The notes under the pieces were generated by a model. It ran no database searches, had not been told where the DNA came from, and saw nothing but the letters and a program-made list of their open reading frames with translations. A stretch of DNA of 64,000 bases from positions 731,886 to 795,885 of the forward strand of contig JAKMXF010000332.1 of NCBI GenBank assembly GCA_024704765.1, given 5' to 3'. This document shows, one piece after another, positions 12,393 to 24,904 of this stretch. This DNA is from Oopsacas minuta (Eukaryota; Animalia; Porifera). Within the stretch, counting starts at the first letter, position 1. Every line of letters starts with the position of its first letter. A program made the position numbers and the translations under genes.

Positions 12393-14108
12393 TGTCACAA
12401 CAGTTTCTTCATAAATTGGTGATTTCTTAGTCCCTAAAAAGTTTTCATCTAAAGATTTGAATGAACTCCATGCTGCTTTCTCGACAGAATTTAGACATGC
12501 TTCGAAGCTTAGATCCTTGAATAGTTCTCTAATTTGGGGTCCTATAAATACCTCTTCCTTGATTTTAGCATCGTTGACCTTTGGAAATTTGTCCTTGAGG
12601 TATTTGAAGCCTTCTCCTTCTTTATTATATTTTACTATTGCCTTTACGAAGTTTTTCATCAAACCCAGTTTTATGTGTAGAGATGGTAACAGAATTTTCT
12701 CCGGATTTACTAAGGACTGACAACTTACTCTTTATACCAGCAGTTAATTGATGCCTTAGAGGCCACTCCTTAACTATATATTGGGATTGCCTTGCTCTAC
12801 TATCCCACTCACACAGAAGCAACAATATTTCGTGTATCCAGGTTGCATACCCAACAAAAGTCCAATTACCTTCAGATCACCACAGATGTGTCAATTGTAA
12901 GAGTCATGTCTGATCAGTTCAATAAGATATCCATATTCTCATGAGACTCCTTCATGTGTACTGAATGACCTATCTGTATGGATCGTAATACATTACCTTT
13001 GTGAAGTAAGAATGCCTTGAGGCTGTACTTAGAAGAATCAATGAAGAGAAGTCACTCTAATGGTTCGTGTTGAACACCTAATAACTCCGTCACACGACCC
13101 ACATTGTTACAATAACAAAGAGACCCCTGTATTTCAAAATGTACAGAGAAATCACTTTGGTGGGTTCTGAAAATGAAACTTTATTTCCTCATCCAATAAG
13201 TTCCAACCTTTCAATCTTGACCGAAGCAATTCACTTTGATCTTTTGTCAAATTCAAGTATCTAACCAAATCATTCAGCTCACTTTGATTAATGATGTGGG
13301 GAAGTCTTTTTTTATCAGGTGGCATAGGCGGAGGTATAATTTCCTCATCATCTTGATCTAACATAGCATATTTTACAGTATCGTCATCAAAGGAAACTTT
13401 CTTAGGCTTAGGTACTTCCAATCTGTAGAATGCTCAACAGGACGAATCGCAGATTGAAGATTGGGATAACATATATTCTTTTTGGTCTTAGAAGTGATTC
13501 CTATTATATCAGTCAAACAGAAATAACAATCAGTATAATGATCTCTTGGTTCCCCCCATATCATGGGAGCAGCAAATTGCATTGAAGTACGTGAGCCATT
13601 TAGCCATCTACTAAGTTCTATTGCCCATTTTAAGCAACAAAAATGTGGTGCCCAAGGCTTATGTGATCACCAATCTTGCAACTGAAATATTGCTCATATC
13701 CCTTGTTGTGTACTAGGGGAGACATGTCTCTTAGCTGAAATTTTGTAGTAAATTCTCTAGAAATATAACAGAAAGAATCGGTTGGGCTTGAACATCGACG
13801 AGACATTATTGAAAGAAAGAAATACAAATACAATCAGATAATCTCCTCTTGAAAGAGCAAATAATATTCTATTTATTTTTAAGAAAATTTGAAATGTTAG
13901 ACAATATATACGGAAGGTGTTAATTCATATACAATTATACACTTTATAGAGGTCTATGGAAATATGATTTTGGAAATTTCCGAATTTTACAGAATCTCTG
14001 CATGATAGAGAAAAACTGATTGGATATTTGGAATCAGGGTACTGGAATACATAAGAAACACTACCCTGTATCCCAGAAACAAAAATGATGAAAATTTGTT
14101 GGACAGTG
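12390..14108 (-). mobile_element. 5' portion of a Chapaev3-like (CMC) transposon, decayed
   Basis: CAC-starting long imperfect TIR ending at 14108 with TTA flank; fragments MSRRC..DSFCYI, WGEPRDHYTDCYFC, FLLCEWDSRA, KEEVFIGPQIR. Confidence 0.8.
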
Positions 14109-14111
14109 TAA

Positions 14112-15951
14112 TCGATAAAGATTCTCAAATCTCCACTCTTTTTCGTTACAAATACAGCAGGAGAACAATATAGACTGCTCGATTCTGTTATGATACCTCT
14201 CTCCAACATTTCAGAAATTTGCTTCCTTATCTCGGCCCTATAATTCTGAGGAATGGGTCAAGCAGGTAATTTACGGGCAACCTATCGGTGACAGGAATTC
14301 TGTGAGTAGTGATTTGTGTAGTTCCTGGAATGGATGAAAATAACTCCTTACAGTGGGACAATATGTCACTGTAATCTTCGAATAGGGGGTATCTCATAAG
14401 TTGCCATCTTGATATACATCGGAACCATGCAACCCTCCTTTAGTTCATCGTCATCTGTAGTTGAATAGACAATTATAGTGCCCTGATCCTCTTCCGTAGA
14501 AACATATACGTATTCTCTATCCCTCTCACATGCTCCGAGCATCTTGGCTTTGCTCAGTTGGTGACTCTGTATGCAGTCCTTGTTGAAGTCCAATTCCAAT
14601 TTATTTTCCATTATAAAATCTACTCCCAATAATAAGTCACAAATTATAGTTGGAGTTATGAAAAGATCTTGATAGACCTCCAGTAATCCCATGGTTACTT
14701 GAAGCTGACTCTTCCTTGAACAGGCAAATTTCCATTTGTTGTGACAAGACTAGGAAATGTTTTGTTAGTAGAATTGCCACTTCTTGCTAACAATGCTAGA
14801 TTCTTCGTTATCAAACTGATGATCCAGAATCTAGCATAAGGGTAGTAATGATTGAGTTGACTTTACCAGAAACCAGAACCGTTTTCGTAGCCACTTTTCT
14901 CGAGCCACTGATGAAACTTCTTCCCTTGTGTATCTTTCTTGAGCCAAATGTATTGATTGCGTATCGGAATGGCGGCTTAACATTTCGATCCTTTCATGTT
15001 TAAAGGAATGTGTGGGCAATCTTTGACTAGATGAGGAGAACTACAGCAAGTTAAGCATGTAGCATATGATCTAGCATCTTACACCACCCTTGTTCTACTG
15101 TTGCGTGCGATACAACCCTTTCTTCCACATTTGAAACATACGATTGATTTCCTGTTATTTGATTCGGTTACAGCTGCTGTAGACATTGGCCCTGTAACTG
15201 TAGACGACCCTTCGGCCTTTAGAGTTTCTAATTGATGGGGTAGTTCTGAAATAGATTGATCCAAATTGGCAATCGTGTCTCAGGACTCTGAATTTCTAAT
15301 GCTTCTTGGATTAGCCTGTCCTTCCTGAATTTTTGATTCTTTAATCGCTGAGCCTATAATTTCAGATTGTTTCTCTCGTAAGTCATTAATACTTTCGCTT
15401 TTCCAACTGCATCTTTGAGAGTCTTTATCGAGGTGTTCAACTCAATTTCTCTGGACATTTGTGGCGGCAATCCCATGATAAATCGATGGAATAAGAGTTG
15501 TTCTTTGGCTTCTGCTGCTAAATCAGGGAGTGCCCGATTATTCAATTTTTTCAATTCATAAGCCTATAGTTATACTGACTCTCTGGGAAATAAAAATCTC
15601 TTGGTAAACGAGTCCATTACAATGAATTTCTCTTCTTCTGTCACTAGAGCTTTTGAAAAGCAGCAGTGACTAATCCGTAATCTTTTCCATCATCCATTGG
15701 AACGTCCTTATACGCAATTAATTTTTCACCTTTAAGTCTGGTTGCCAATTTGAGTGACCTTTGTTCCCGTGTCTATCCATTAGCCATTGAACATATTTCG
15801 AAGTGTTCTAACCATTCGTTAAATCTCCTGCTCAAAGATGCTGGGCATTGCTAACTGATTTTCTGCCATTTCGAAATATCGACTCTCTGCTACCAATGTT
15901 ATGTACCCAAGTTACTGAAGTTAATCAATTACAATAATTTATACATATAAC
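14112..15951 (-). mobile_element. 5' portion of a Gypsy LTR retrotransposon (LTR edge, PBS, gag, protease, RT start), decayed
   Basis: PBS at 15885-15895; gag ATG 15869; knuckle CFKCGRKG; protease MLDSGSS (~14830); RT SPAVFVTKKSGDLRIFID. Confidence 0.85.
15885..15895 (-). promoter_or_regulatory. primer-binding site complementary to initiator tRNA-Met
   Basis: TGGTAGCAGAG on the minus strand, 1 nt after an LTR-like ...TAACA end; complements the tRNA-iMet 3' end CTCTGCTACCA. Confidence 0.8.
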
Positions 15952-18473
15952 ATTAAAAGCTCATGACAAATAACTACATGAATATGTCTAGTTATTACTC
16001 CATAATTTCCAATAGAGAATAACTTATCTCAGTTAATTTATTCAATCGACTCTGTTACACAATGATAGAATGAAATTAGTATTCAGCAACACTTTAACAA
16101 TATTAGGCGGAATTATAAATGGGGGACTGTAATTGAGCATATTATGTTTGGTACATTAGCTCACATTAATGTAAGTTATGTAAATGCATCTGATATAGAT
16201 CCATCTAAGTAGGTGATAGCTGATGTTTATAATTAGAATAAAGTGGGTATACAAAATGATGCGATCTTTGAAAGCAAATCACTGACCGTATACTTTTCTG
16301 GAACATCTCGTAATCTTTACCGTGCTGTGTACCCTAGTTTATTTAATTCACTTCAAACTACAAGATTGATAACTCTCTTAGCCCTTGTTTCATTTATAAT
16401 GGGTTCAAATAATTATTATATATTGCATTAATTAGTTGTTATTTCACTTTGTTTCTGGATAAGATTCGACGAATGACCTATGATTAAGTGTGCGAGTATT
16501 TGGCTCCTAGAGGTGTACTTTAGGCATTGACCATATCTCATGATAAGTGTGCCGGCATTTGGCTTCTCTTCGGTGGAGTGTGCTGTATTTGCATTTGGCT
16601 TATTTTGAAATATGATTAGTTCGTGATTCTCTGGACCATTATTAGTAACTAGGTTTGATGCAATTATATACAGTATTGATGATAATGACTTATACGAATA
16701 TAATTATGATGACTTGGGCCCATTAATAATAAAATTAAGATTTTTATGGACTCTAGATAAGGTGTAATATCTGGCCTAATTTTTTAGTATCTATATATTA
16801 CACCTAATAAATCTATATTTCCTATTTAGGCAATTCATAAATGTAATGAGGTGGGTCCAAAGCGCACCCATTGATTTTTATCAACAATCCTGAGGGCAGA
16901 AATTACCTTAAGTTAGAATTGTACTAAATATCAAGAATTTTTTATATAATAAGTTAGAATGTGATGAAGAACAGATATTGATATTACTATTGTAATTATT
17001 AAGAACTTTAGTTAACTGAAGTTAGAGACTCAGATAGTCAAATTTGAGGAGGGCATATAAATCTAATGCAACTGACGTATGGGTGGCTGAAGGAACTGTT
17101 TCAGGCAAATAATTTTGACTTGAAGGAGGGAGAGCTGAACGAACTAATGAAATTGTAGGGACGACTAGGGGAACTGGAGCTAAGGGGGTCGCAACAGAAG
17201 CAACTTCATTGTCGCCAAATAACTATTGGAAACAAATTGAACATTATTTGGAGTGGATAATCAGTGTAAATTGTAAATATATTATTCGATGGATTTAAAT
17301 CCGAGCGAAGCGAAGAAAACATAAAAAATTACAACTTGTGCCAACAGCTTGGTCCATTAAAATCAATTTGTTTAATATGGGCACTATGTGTAATGAGATT
17401 ATAACTAACCTCTCATTGTGCCTCCAATTAATAGTGCCACTTTGAAAACAAATATCCTTTAATAGACTGAAATGTTGGCGCAGGTTGAATTATTAGATAT
17501 TGTCTACTGTGCTGACTATACTTTAGTATAGTGGCCCAGTATTGAAATGGTTGCCTATATTTTCATTTTTTCTCCGTGATAGCCCTGCGTCCAAAACTGG
17601 ATAGAATTAAAGTGATATATGGTGTGAGAATTATTGAAGTTATTCGTCGGATGTGGTTCTCCCCTTTGCTAATCGATCGGAAATCAAGTGCGACTATTTC
17701 ACATTGGTCGAACTTTTGTCTGGCCTCTAGCAAAAATTTTGAAAGGAAAGGTGCCAAAATTTTCTCACCTATCGAAAGTGAAAAAATCTACAACTTCATA
17801 CTCTTCTAGAATAATATATTGGTTATTTGTTTTTGCTCAAAGTAAATGAAAATTATTCATTATATAGCACTTTGTCATCGGTAATATTTCTATTGTTCTT
17901 AGATGTTTAATATTTATTAGTTAAACAATAGGTATTTTAGGTCTGTATATAATCTGGATTCATTGAATATCTACATTTAACGGTAGCCTGAATTACATAT
18001 ATAATATTTTTCAAAGTAATGATGAATAATTTACAATGTATGTATTTCTCCGAATATATAACCCTTGAATAATCATAGAAGATTGTACCAAACAGCAAAA
18101 GGGCGTATTTCAAACCCTGATTAAATAATGAGATCTGTGCCATGGAAAGGGATACAAGCTAAAATCAATGGATAATGAAGTCAATAAGATTATAGAAATT
18201 AAAAAATCAAAATTTTGATATCATTATAGCAAACTGAATTTGAATACTAGATCCACAATGACACTGTTTAGAACTTACCCACAATATCAGCCTGACAATA
18301 AATTAGGGTGTCAGAGCCATATTGTAAAAGGAGGATTGGAGGCAGGGCCGGATTTAAGTAGTTCGGGCTCTAGGCTATTGCTGGGCCTATTCAAAACACT
18401 ATTCTTTAATATTAGAAAATATGTTAACAGTTTACTTGGTAGGTGGTCGATCTTTAATCTTTATTACTACATA

Positions 18474-19715
18474 CAGGGTGATTTTTTGAAAGTGTAACTT
18501 TTAAACTTTTCTGAACGTGAATTATCTCACAAATTTGAAGCTCTCAACCTACTCTACTATCCTTCCTAAGATATGTAAATTTAATAATTAACCTGAACCA
18601 TAATTAACTAATCAAGTTGATGTTCAAAGTGACTACCTCCATACTTCACACAAGTTACCGCTCTTTTCATAAATTTTCCACAACTTTATGCAACATCTTT
18701 AAGTCCATATTACTTGCTGTATCTTCAATTACTTGTCTTAATTCGTCTATACTCTTGGGTTGCTTTTCAAACACCTTTTGTTTGCATAGCCCCAGAAAAA
18801 GTAGTCGAGAGGGTTTAAATCAGGTAAATATGGTGGCCAAATTCTATCGGTTAAATTTGATAGAATTCCTCCATGAAACTTTTCTCGCAGAAAATCCAAA
18901 ACTGTTTTGCATGTATGTGGTCTAACACCATCTTGTTGAAACCACAATCCCTTATGTGTCGAAATATACGGAATTTGAGGCTAAAGCACTTCCTTGAGCA
19001 TTTTGAAGTAAGACTCCCCATTCACAGAAACTGTTTTTCCCTTTAGATCGATAAACCAATGGACTTTGAGCATTTTTCCATCCACAAAGCCTGCCCAACA
19101 CATAATTTTCTCCCCATGAAGCCTCCTAGATGCCACAGAAATATTGGGATTGATCGGAGCCCAAATCCTGTCGTTTGTTGATTAGAAGATTGCTGGAGTA
19201 CGAACTATTACTCGTCACTGAATATTAATTTTGGAAAAATTCTGGAGATTGTTGGATCACCCACGAACAAAATTCCATTCTTTCAGCATGCTCTGTTCAG
19301 TTATATGGTGAACTCTTTGAGCACGATAAGGCCTCCATTTTAATGTTCTTTCAAGATTATTGTGAACTTTGGAATAGCTGAACTCTAGTTTCCGGCTCGC
19401 ATTACGAATTAATCCTTGGTTTTTCTTCAATGTGAATTCTAACCTGATTGACATGTTCAGGGGAAGAATCCTACCACCTTTCTTCTTAGGTGACTTGAGA
19501 AAATTTGTATACACTCTAGCGAAATGAATGAGTCTGTACTTTAGGCGATTTCGTCCTTTGATAGCAAAACGTTGACAAAATTTCCTTTTTACTACTGTTG
19601 GAGACGGATTTTGTCCGAATTCTAAAATGATAAATTTTAGTTTTTGCTTTGTAAAGGTTGAGTTAATTTGTCTTTTTCTCATCTGGATCACAATGAATAT
19701 CAAAAATCTATTTTA
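18474..19715 (-). mobile_element. rosa/Visitor (DD41D) Tc1/mariner body and 3' TIR, decayed
   Basis: WFQQDGVRPH..WPPYLPDLNPLDYFFWG has D-41-D spacing; N-terminus MRKRQINSTFTKQKLKFII; TIR TA|cagggtgattttttgaaagtg. Confidence 0.85.
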
Positions 19716-19717
19716 TA

Positions 19718-20647
19718 CGAGGGTCAGTCCAAAAGTTTTGTCGTACACAAAAAGTATAATAACAAATTTAATCAAACTTTCACAGTTTCTCAAAGTAACG
19801 ACCACAACAATCCATGCAAAGTTGCAAACGATGAAACCAACTGTCGAAATAACTATGCCATTTTTCCTCTGGCAGGCTCCAAAGGGCTTGTTCAAATGCC
19901 AGACGAGCCTCTTCATGACTCTCATACCTTATTCCACGGATCTTTTCATTGATTGTTGGGAACAAGAAAAAGTCGCATGGAGCTAAATCTGGACTGTAAG
20001 GTGGATGCGATACCAACTGGACCGAGTTTCAGCCAGGAAGTCCAATGTTTTGGCTGCTGTGTGTGCAGATGCATTATCGTGGTGAAGGAGAAGTCCTCTG
20101 ATACCGGTCTTAGGGTGACGAGAACTCCAAGCTTCGAAAGCCTTGGGTAGGCAATTGTTAATGTACCAACCAGCATTGACGGTACGACGATCCTCGAGAG
20201 GAATTATTGCTACTGGGCCAGTCTTACAGAAAAAAGCAGTCACCATCTTCTTCCCAATGCTGCGAGCCCGGCGAACCTTAACAGGGGGATCTTCGCCAGG
20301 AAACACCTAGATTGAAGATTGCCGCTTTGTTTCCGGATCGTAGTGATAGATCCCTGTCTCACCACATGTTAGTATGTCGTAAACTCGTTTAGGCTCTCCT
20401 CCTTTAAATTTCTTGAGCATAAACTTGCACCATTCTACCCTTGCCTCTAATTGCATTTCAGAGAGATTATGAGGATCCATCGGGCCGCAAGCCTTCTGAC
20501 ACCAAAATAATCATGTAGAATAGTATTGATGGCGGCTTTCCTGATCTTGAGGGTCTCAGCAAACTGCTCATAGTTAATGCGGCTATCCTCTCTGATTAAT
20601 GTCTCAGCAGCAGCAATTGTCTCTGGAGTGACGGCGGTTGATGGTCG
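19718..20647 (-). mobile_element. 3' half of a mariner (DD34D), decayed
   Basis: RPSTAVTPETI, HHDNASAH, HPPYSPDLAPCDFFLFP, GRYFEKL*; TIR at 19718 flanked by TA. Confidence 0.9.
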
Positions 20648-21157
20648 TTGATGCATTCAGAACAATGGGATGTAACATGTCTCTAAAAATACACTATCTT
20701 CACTCACATTTGCAATTCTTTCCCGAAAATCTAGGTGCTGTGAGTAATGAACATGGTGAAAGATTTCATCAAGATATAACACAATGGAAAGGCGTTACAA
20801 TGGAAAGTTTTTTTCAAACATGATGGTTGATTATTGTTGGTCACTAAAAAGAGATATTCCTGATGCCACATACAAAAGAAAATCATATCCCAAGCATTTC
20901 TAATTAGTATAATAAATGCTAAACCAATTGACAATTTTCATTGTAATTAAATCATAAGTATGCATTTGATTAGCCAAGCTGAAGAGATATATTTATAGGA
21001 ATACACTGGGGCAATGATAAAATCAAAATATTGAATTTTTCAAAATCTTTGCCTCATAGAGAAAACTGATTGGATAATTGGAATCAGGGTGCTTGAATAC
21101 ATGAGAAACACTAGTGTATTCCAGAAGCAAAAAATGATGAAAATTTGTTGGATAGTG
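20647..21157 (+). mobile_element. 3' portion of the Chapaev3-like transposon
   Basis: VDAFRTMGCNMSLKIHYLHSHL..SNEHGERFHQDI; TIR ...ttggatagtg|TTA, homologous over ~110 bp to the TIR ending at 14108. Confidence 0.85.
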
Positions 21158-21160
21158 TTA

Positions 21161-22063
21161 TCGTCGACTTAATGCCAAAACCTACAAGGATTCTTATCCT
21201 TTACCCTACCAGACGAAGTATAAGAAAGAATCGAGGGTAGTAAAGTATTCTCAAATTGGGTCTTAAAATCGGTTACTGGCAGGTTCCACTACATTGTCAT
21301 GATCGTGAAAGTCAGCGTTTTCTCCAGGTCCAGGAATGGGATTATATCAGTTTAATGTAATTCCATTTGGACTTACCAATGCTCCTGGAATATTTCAAAG
21401 AATGATGGATTCTGTTTTACGATGGCTGGAAGAATTTAGTTTCCATTTGTTGACGAGATTTTGATATTTTCGCCTGATGTTGCACAACGTCCAAATCATT
21501 TGTCTAGAGTTTTAAGAAGAATTCAAAAAGCTGGTTTAACCCTGCGAGGATCTAAATGTGAGGTTGAATATTTGGATCACGTATCTTTTCAAAAAGTGTT
21601 ATGGCTCCGAACCCTTCCCAAATTTCGGCAATCTGAGAATGGTCTCGTCCTCAATATTTCAAGGATGATCGTCAATTTCTTGGACTAGCCAACTATTACC
21701 GTCGTTTTGTGAGGAATTTTTCATATATTGGGAGTCCATTGAATCAGCTACTTCAGAAGAATACATCTTTTGATTGGGATTCAGAATGCGAGAACTTAAG
21801 TATTGTTTAGAGAACGCTCCAGTTCTAAGATGTCCATCTATTAATAAAGAATACTCATTGCATACAGATGCTTCAGGGGTTGGTATTGTAGCCATCTTGG
21901 AAGAGTGTGATAGACTTATCGCTTATTCGATTTGAACATTGAGTTGATGCAGAAAAGAAGTATTCAACAATTGAAAGCGAATGTTTGGCACTTGTGAATA
22001 CATTGAAGAAGTTCAGACAATACCTATTGGGAAAACATTTTACGTTATGCTGTGACCATAGAT
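21161..22063 (+). pseudogene. Gypsy RT (C-terminal part) and RNase H remnant
   Basis: RRLNAKTYKDSYPLP, FNVIPFGLTNAPGIFQRMM, LHTDASGVG, YSTIESECLA, KFRQYLLGKHF..CDH. Confidence 0.9.
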
Positions 22064-24502
22064 CAGGTGTTTTCAACCTTGTGCACCATACGCCCGTCTT
22101 ATTGATGTGGGAAATACTCACGCCCCTCATAATAACGATACCAAATTAAATATTAGAGCTTATACTTAATATGACATATAATCATACATACATAATTATG
22201 AATGAAATTTTCATTTATGTCCTTAATGTGAGGATTGAAACTGTTTTTTTTTCAACAAGTTGAGAAATCCTTGGCTCGGGTTTAAGAAAGAAATCATCTT
22301 AATTCATGTTCAACATCCAATCTAGTTCAATTTTCGTTTTAATTATTAGTAGACTGGAGAAACCTGTTTCACTTAAGTAGGTAGAAGGAAATGGTAGTAG
22401 TGCCTTAATTGCGATTTGTGATATCAATGGATAGGTGTGTAACATGGAACACCAAAACTGTGGAACACTCATCGTTGAAAATACAACCTTTGCTCCCGAG
22501 TCATTAATCAAATTTATAAATTCCTCTTGGGCTTCATCCTGATCATCGGTAATACAATCTTCCACTTTTTGCATAAAAGGGTTTCGAACTAAATTATAGT
22601 CTGATTCCTAATTTCTGGGAAATATCGCGTAAAATCATCGTTCATAGCTTTGAGGTGTAAAATAATTGCATCTCTCAACTCTTCAGGTAATCGATGATCA
22701 TGGATTTCAATCAAATTTGTGACCCTAGAAAACATGCCCATTCTCCCATCTTCGATTTTCCTTATCCACAGGTCGAGCATACTTTGGAAAGCAGTTAGCT
22801 TCTCCACAAAATCCATAATGTAACTTTCTCTTCCTTGTAATGAAAGGTTGAGGATATTTAGCTTTTTGAAGATATCAGCGAGAGAAGAGAGGGTCAGGAG
22901 CCAAGAATTATCGTTAAATAGTGCTATAGTCTTCTTTATTTTGTATTTTGAAAAACTCATTAACTTCTACATGCAAATCAAGAAGACGCTTAAGTACATT
23001 TCCCTTTAACAACCAACGAACCTTTGTTTGGTACAAACCGTTATGTGCGTCGCATCCCTATCAAGGCAAAGATTGCCGAAAAGCCGTGTATTCAGAGCAG
23101 TTGATTTAATGTAATTTACAATTTTGATGGAAACTTGTAAAACACATTTCAGTGCATCTGACAAAGTCTTTGATGCCAATGCTTCTCTATGTATCATACA
23201 GTGATTTCCTGTAACATACGGTGCAGATTCTTTTATGTGCTTCATGAATCCCAAACGACAACCAAGCATTGCTGGAGCACCATCTGTGCAAATAGATAAT
23301 AATTTTTCATATATAAGGCCTTCACGTTCGATAAAGGAATTTAATTTATTGTAAATATCGATTCCACGTGTTTGCTAGTCAATTTGTTCACAAAATAAAA
23401 ATTCATCTTTAAAATCCGATTTATAGATGTACCGTACGAAAACAAGGAGTTGAGCACATGATGCACCATCTGTAGGCTAAACCATCCTGAGAGGGATTCT
23501 TTAATCTCTCCCACAACCTGATTCTTAATATCCTCAGAAAGATCCATAATTCGACGCTGCACAGTGTTATCGGACAAAGATATTTTATTAAGTTTTCTCT
23601 CTGCATCAGTGCAATCATAAGGCGTACAATGTCTTTTGTGCATGGAAGTATTAATTCTTCTCCAATTGTATGAAGTTTCTTTGCTTTTGTAATCCGTAAT
23701 GATACAATATAAGATGCTTCTAGAGCTGATTTTGAACTAGTACGAAAATCACCAGTAGCATCGAGCTTAGTCCTCTTTACAGTGTTCACCTTTTGTTGAA
23801 AGAAAGAAAGAACTTTATCCTTATAATTGGAATGTTCCTTTTCAAAATGTCTTATTTTAGCTGGAATGGTTTCATAGATTCAGCTGACAATACTTTGAAA
23901 CAAATTACATATTGTGGCTTTACAATACCACGACTGTTGATACTCTAAATCCAAGTTTTAAATAGTCTTCGGAATAAGTTCGCTTTTTAATGTTGCTTTT
24001 CCAGCCATCTTAGCAGTGGTTTTTGAAAGCTGGATTTTGTAAAAATTGAAGTACGAAGATAAAATGAGAAATATCAAAGGATATACGTAACAAAATATAC
24101 CTAATTGGAGTATTTATAGATTTAACTTGTGAAATATCCATGTATAGTCAGTATGGAAATGATTCCTATTGTTTCCTACTGTTGATATTAAGTCTAGACA
24201 CCTCAAGTTCTAATGGATAAGATGCCAGTATTGTCAGGAAATACACTAACAATGTCATATAAACGTAATTAAAACCATTGTACATGAACTGAAAGCACAT
24301 TGCGCGCGTATATAGCATGTACATTGCACATAGCAATGCACACGCAATACACGCACAATGCATTTTAAATTCAGCTAAAAATTGATAATTTAAACAATTT
24401 TTGACTTATTAATAGGTAAATTTTAACGATGTTATATAAATTATCTGAACTTTTCGCGACCCACCTAGAAAGCCTTAGCGATCCCCAGGTTGAAAACACC
24501 TG
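22064..24502 (-). mobile_element. hAT Buster/Charlie-type transposon (ZBED8/SCAND3-like transposase), decayed
   Basis: Perfect 16-bp TIRs caggtgttttcaacct; transposase ~24008-22223 with ASYIVSLRI, HCMIHREALASK, LPFPSTYLSETGFS; 8-bp flanks differ. Confidence 0.92.
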
Positions 24503-24604
24503 ATCTAAATCAAATATATCACTTCTATCATGATAAGTTTTCTTGTAACCAGAAACTTGTGTGCACATATTCATTGCTTCAAATTCATTTGGATGTACAT
24601 TGGG

Positions 24605-24904
24605 TTAAACTACATCAGGAGTAAAAATTTGAATTGGCTTATGATCACTAAAGTACGAATAATAAGACTTACACGAGGTTACAGAATAAGAAATTAACAC
24701 ATAGTCCACTGTTGCTATAATTATTTGAATATCAGATTTCGCTCGGCAAAATCCTTTTGCTGAGCAGAATTGCAGAAGGTTTGTATAACATGGACATTCA
24801 TCAGATACATCTACGTTAAAATCGCCTGTATTTATACATTTAGTCTCGATTCGTAATATAGACATATAGTATTGTACGTACATTGGCTTTATAAGTATAT
24901 GCAC
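24605..24904 (-). pseudogene. APE-like (EEP) endonuclease fragment
   Basis: TGDFNVD, VDYVLI and YFSDHKPI motifs, followed shortly by a stop. Confidence 0.55.

Noticed and set aside
16480-17810. Pro/Ser-rich and other broken minus-strand frames, possibly a non-LTR ORF1
   Set aside because: No convincing CCHC knuckle, endonuclease or RT; cannot be supported by eye
12390-20647. Inversion caused by recombination between repeat copies or by TIR-directed transposition
   Set aside because: The breakpoints fall mid-CDS in two unrelated transposases, not at TIRs, and share no extended homology
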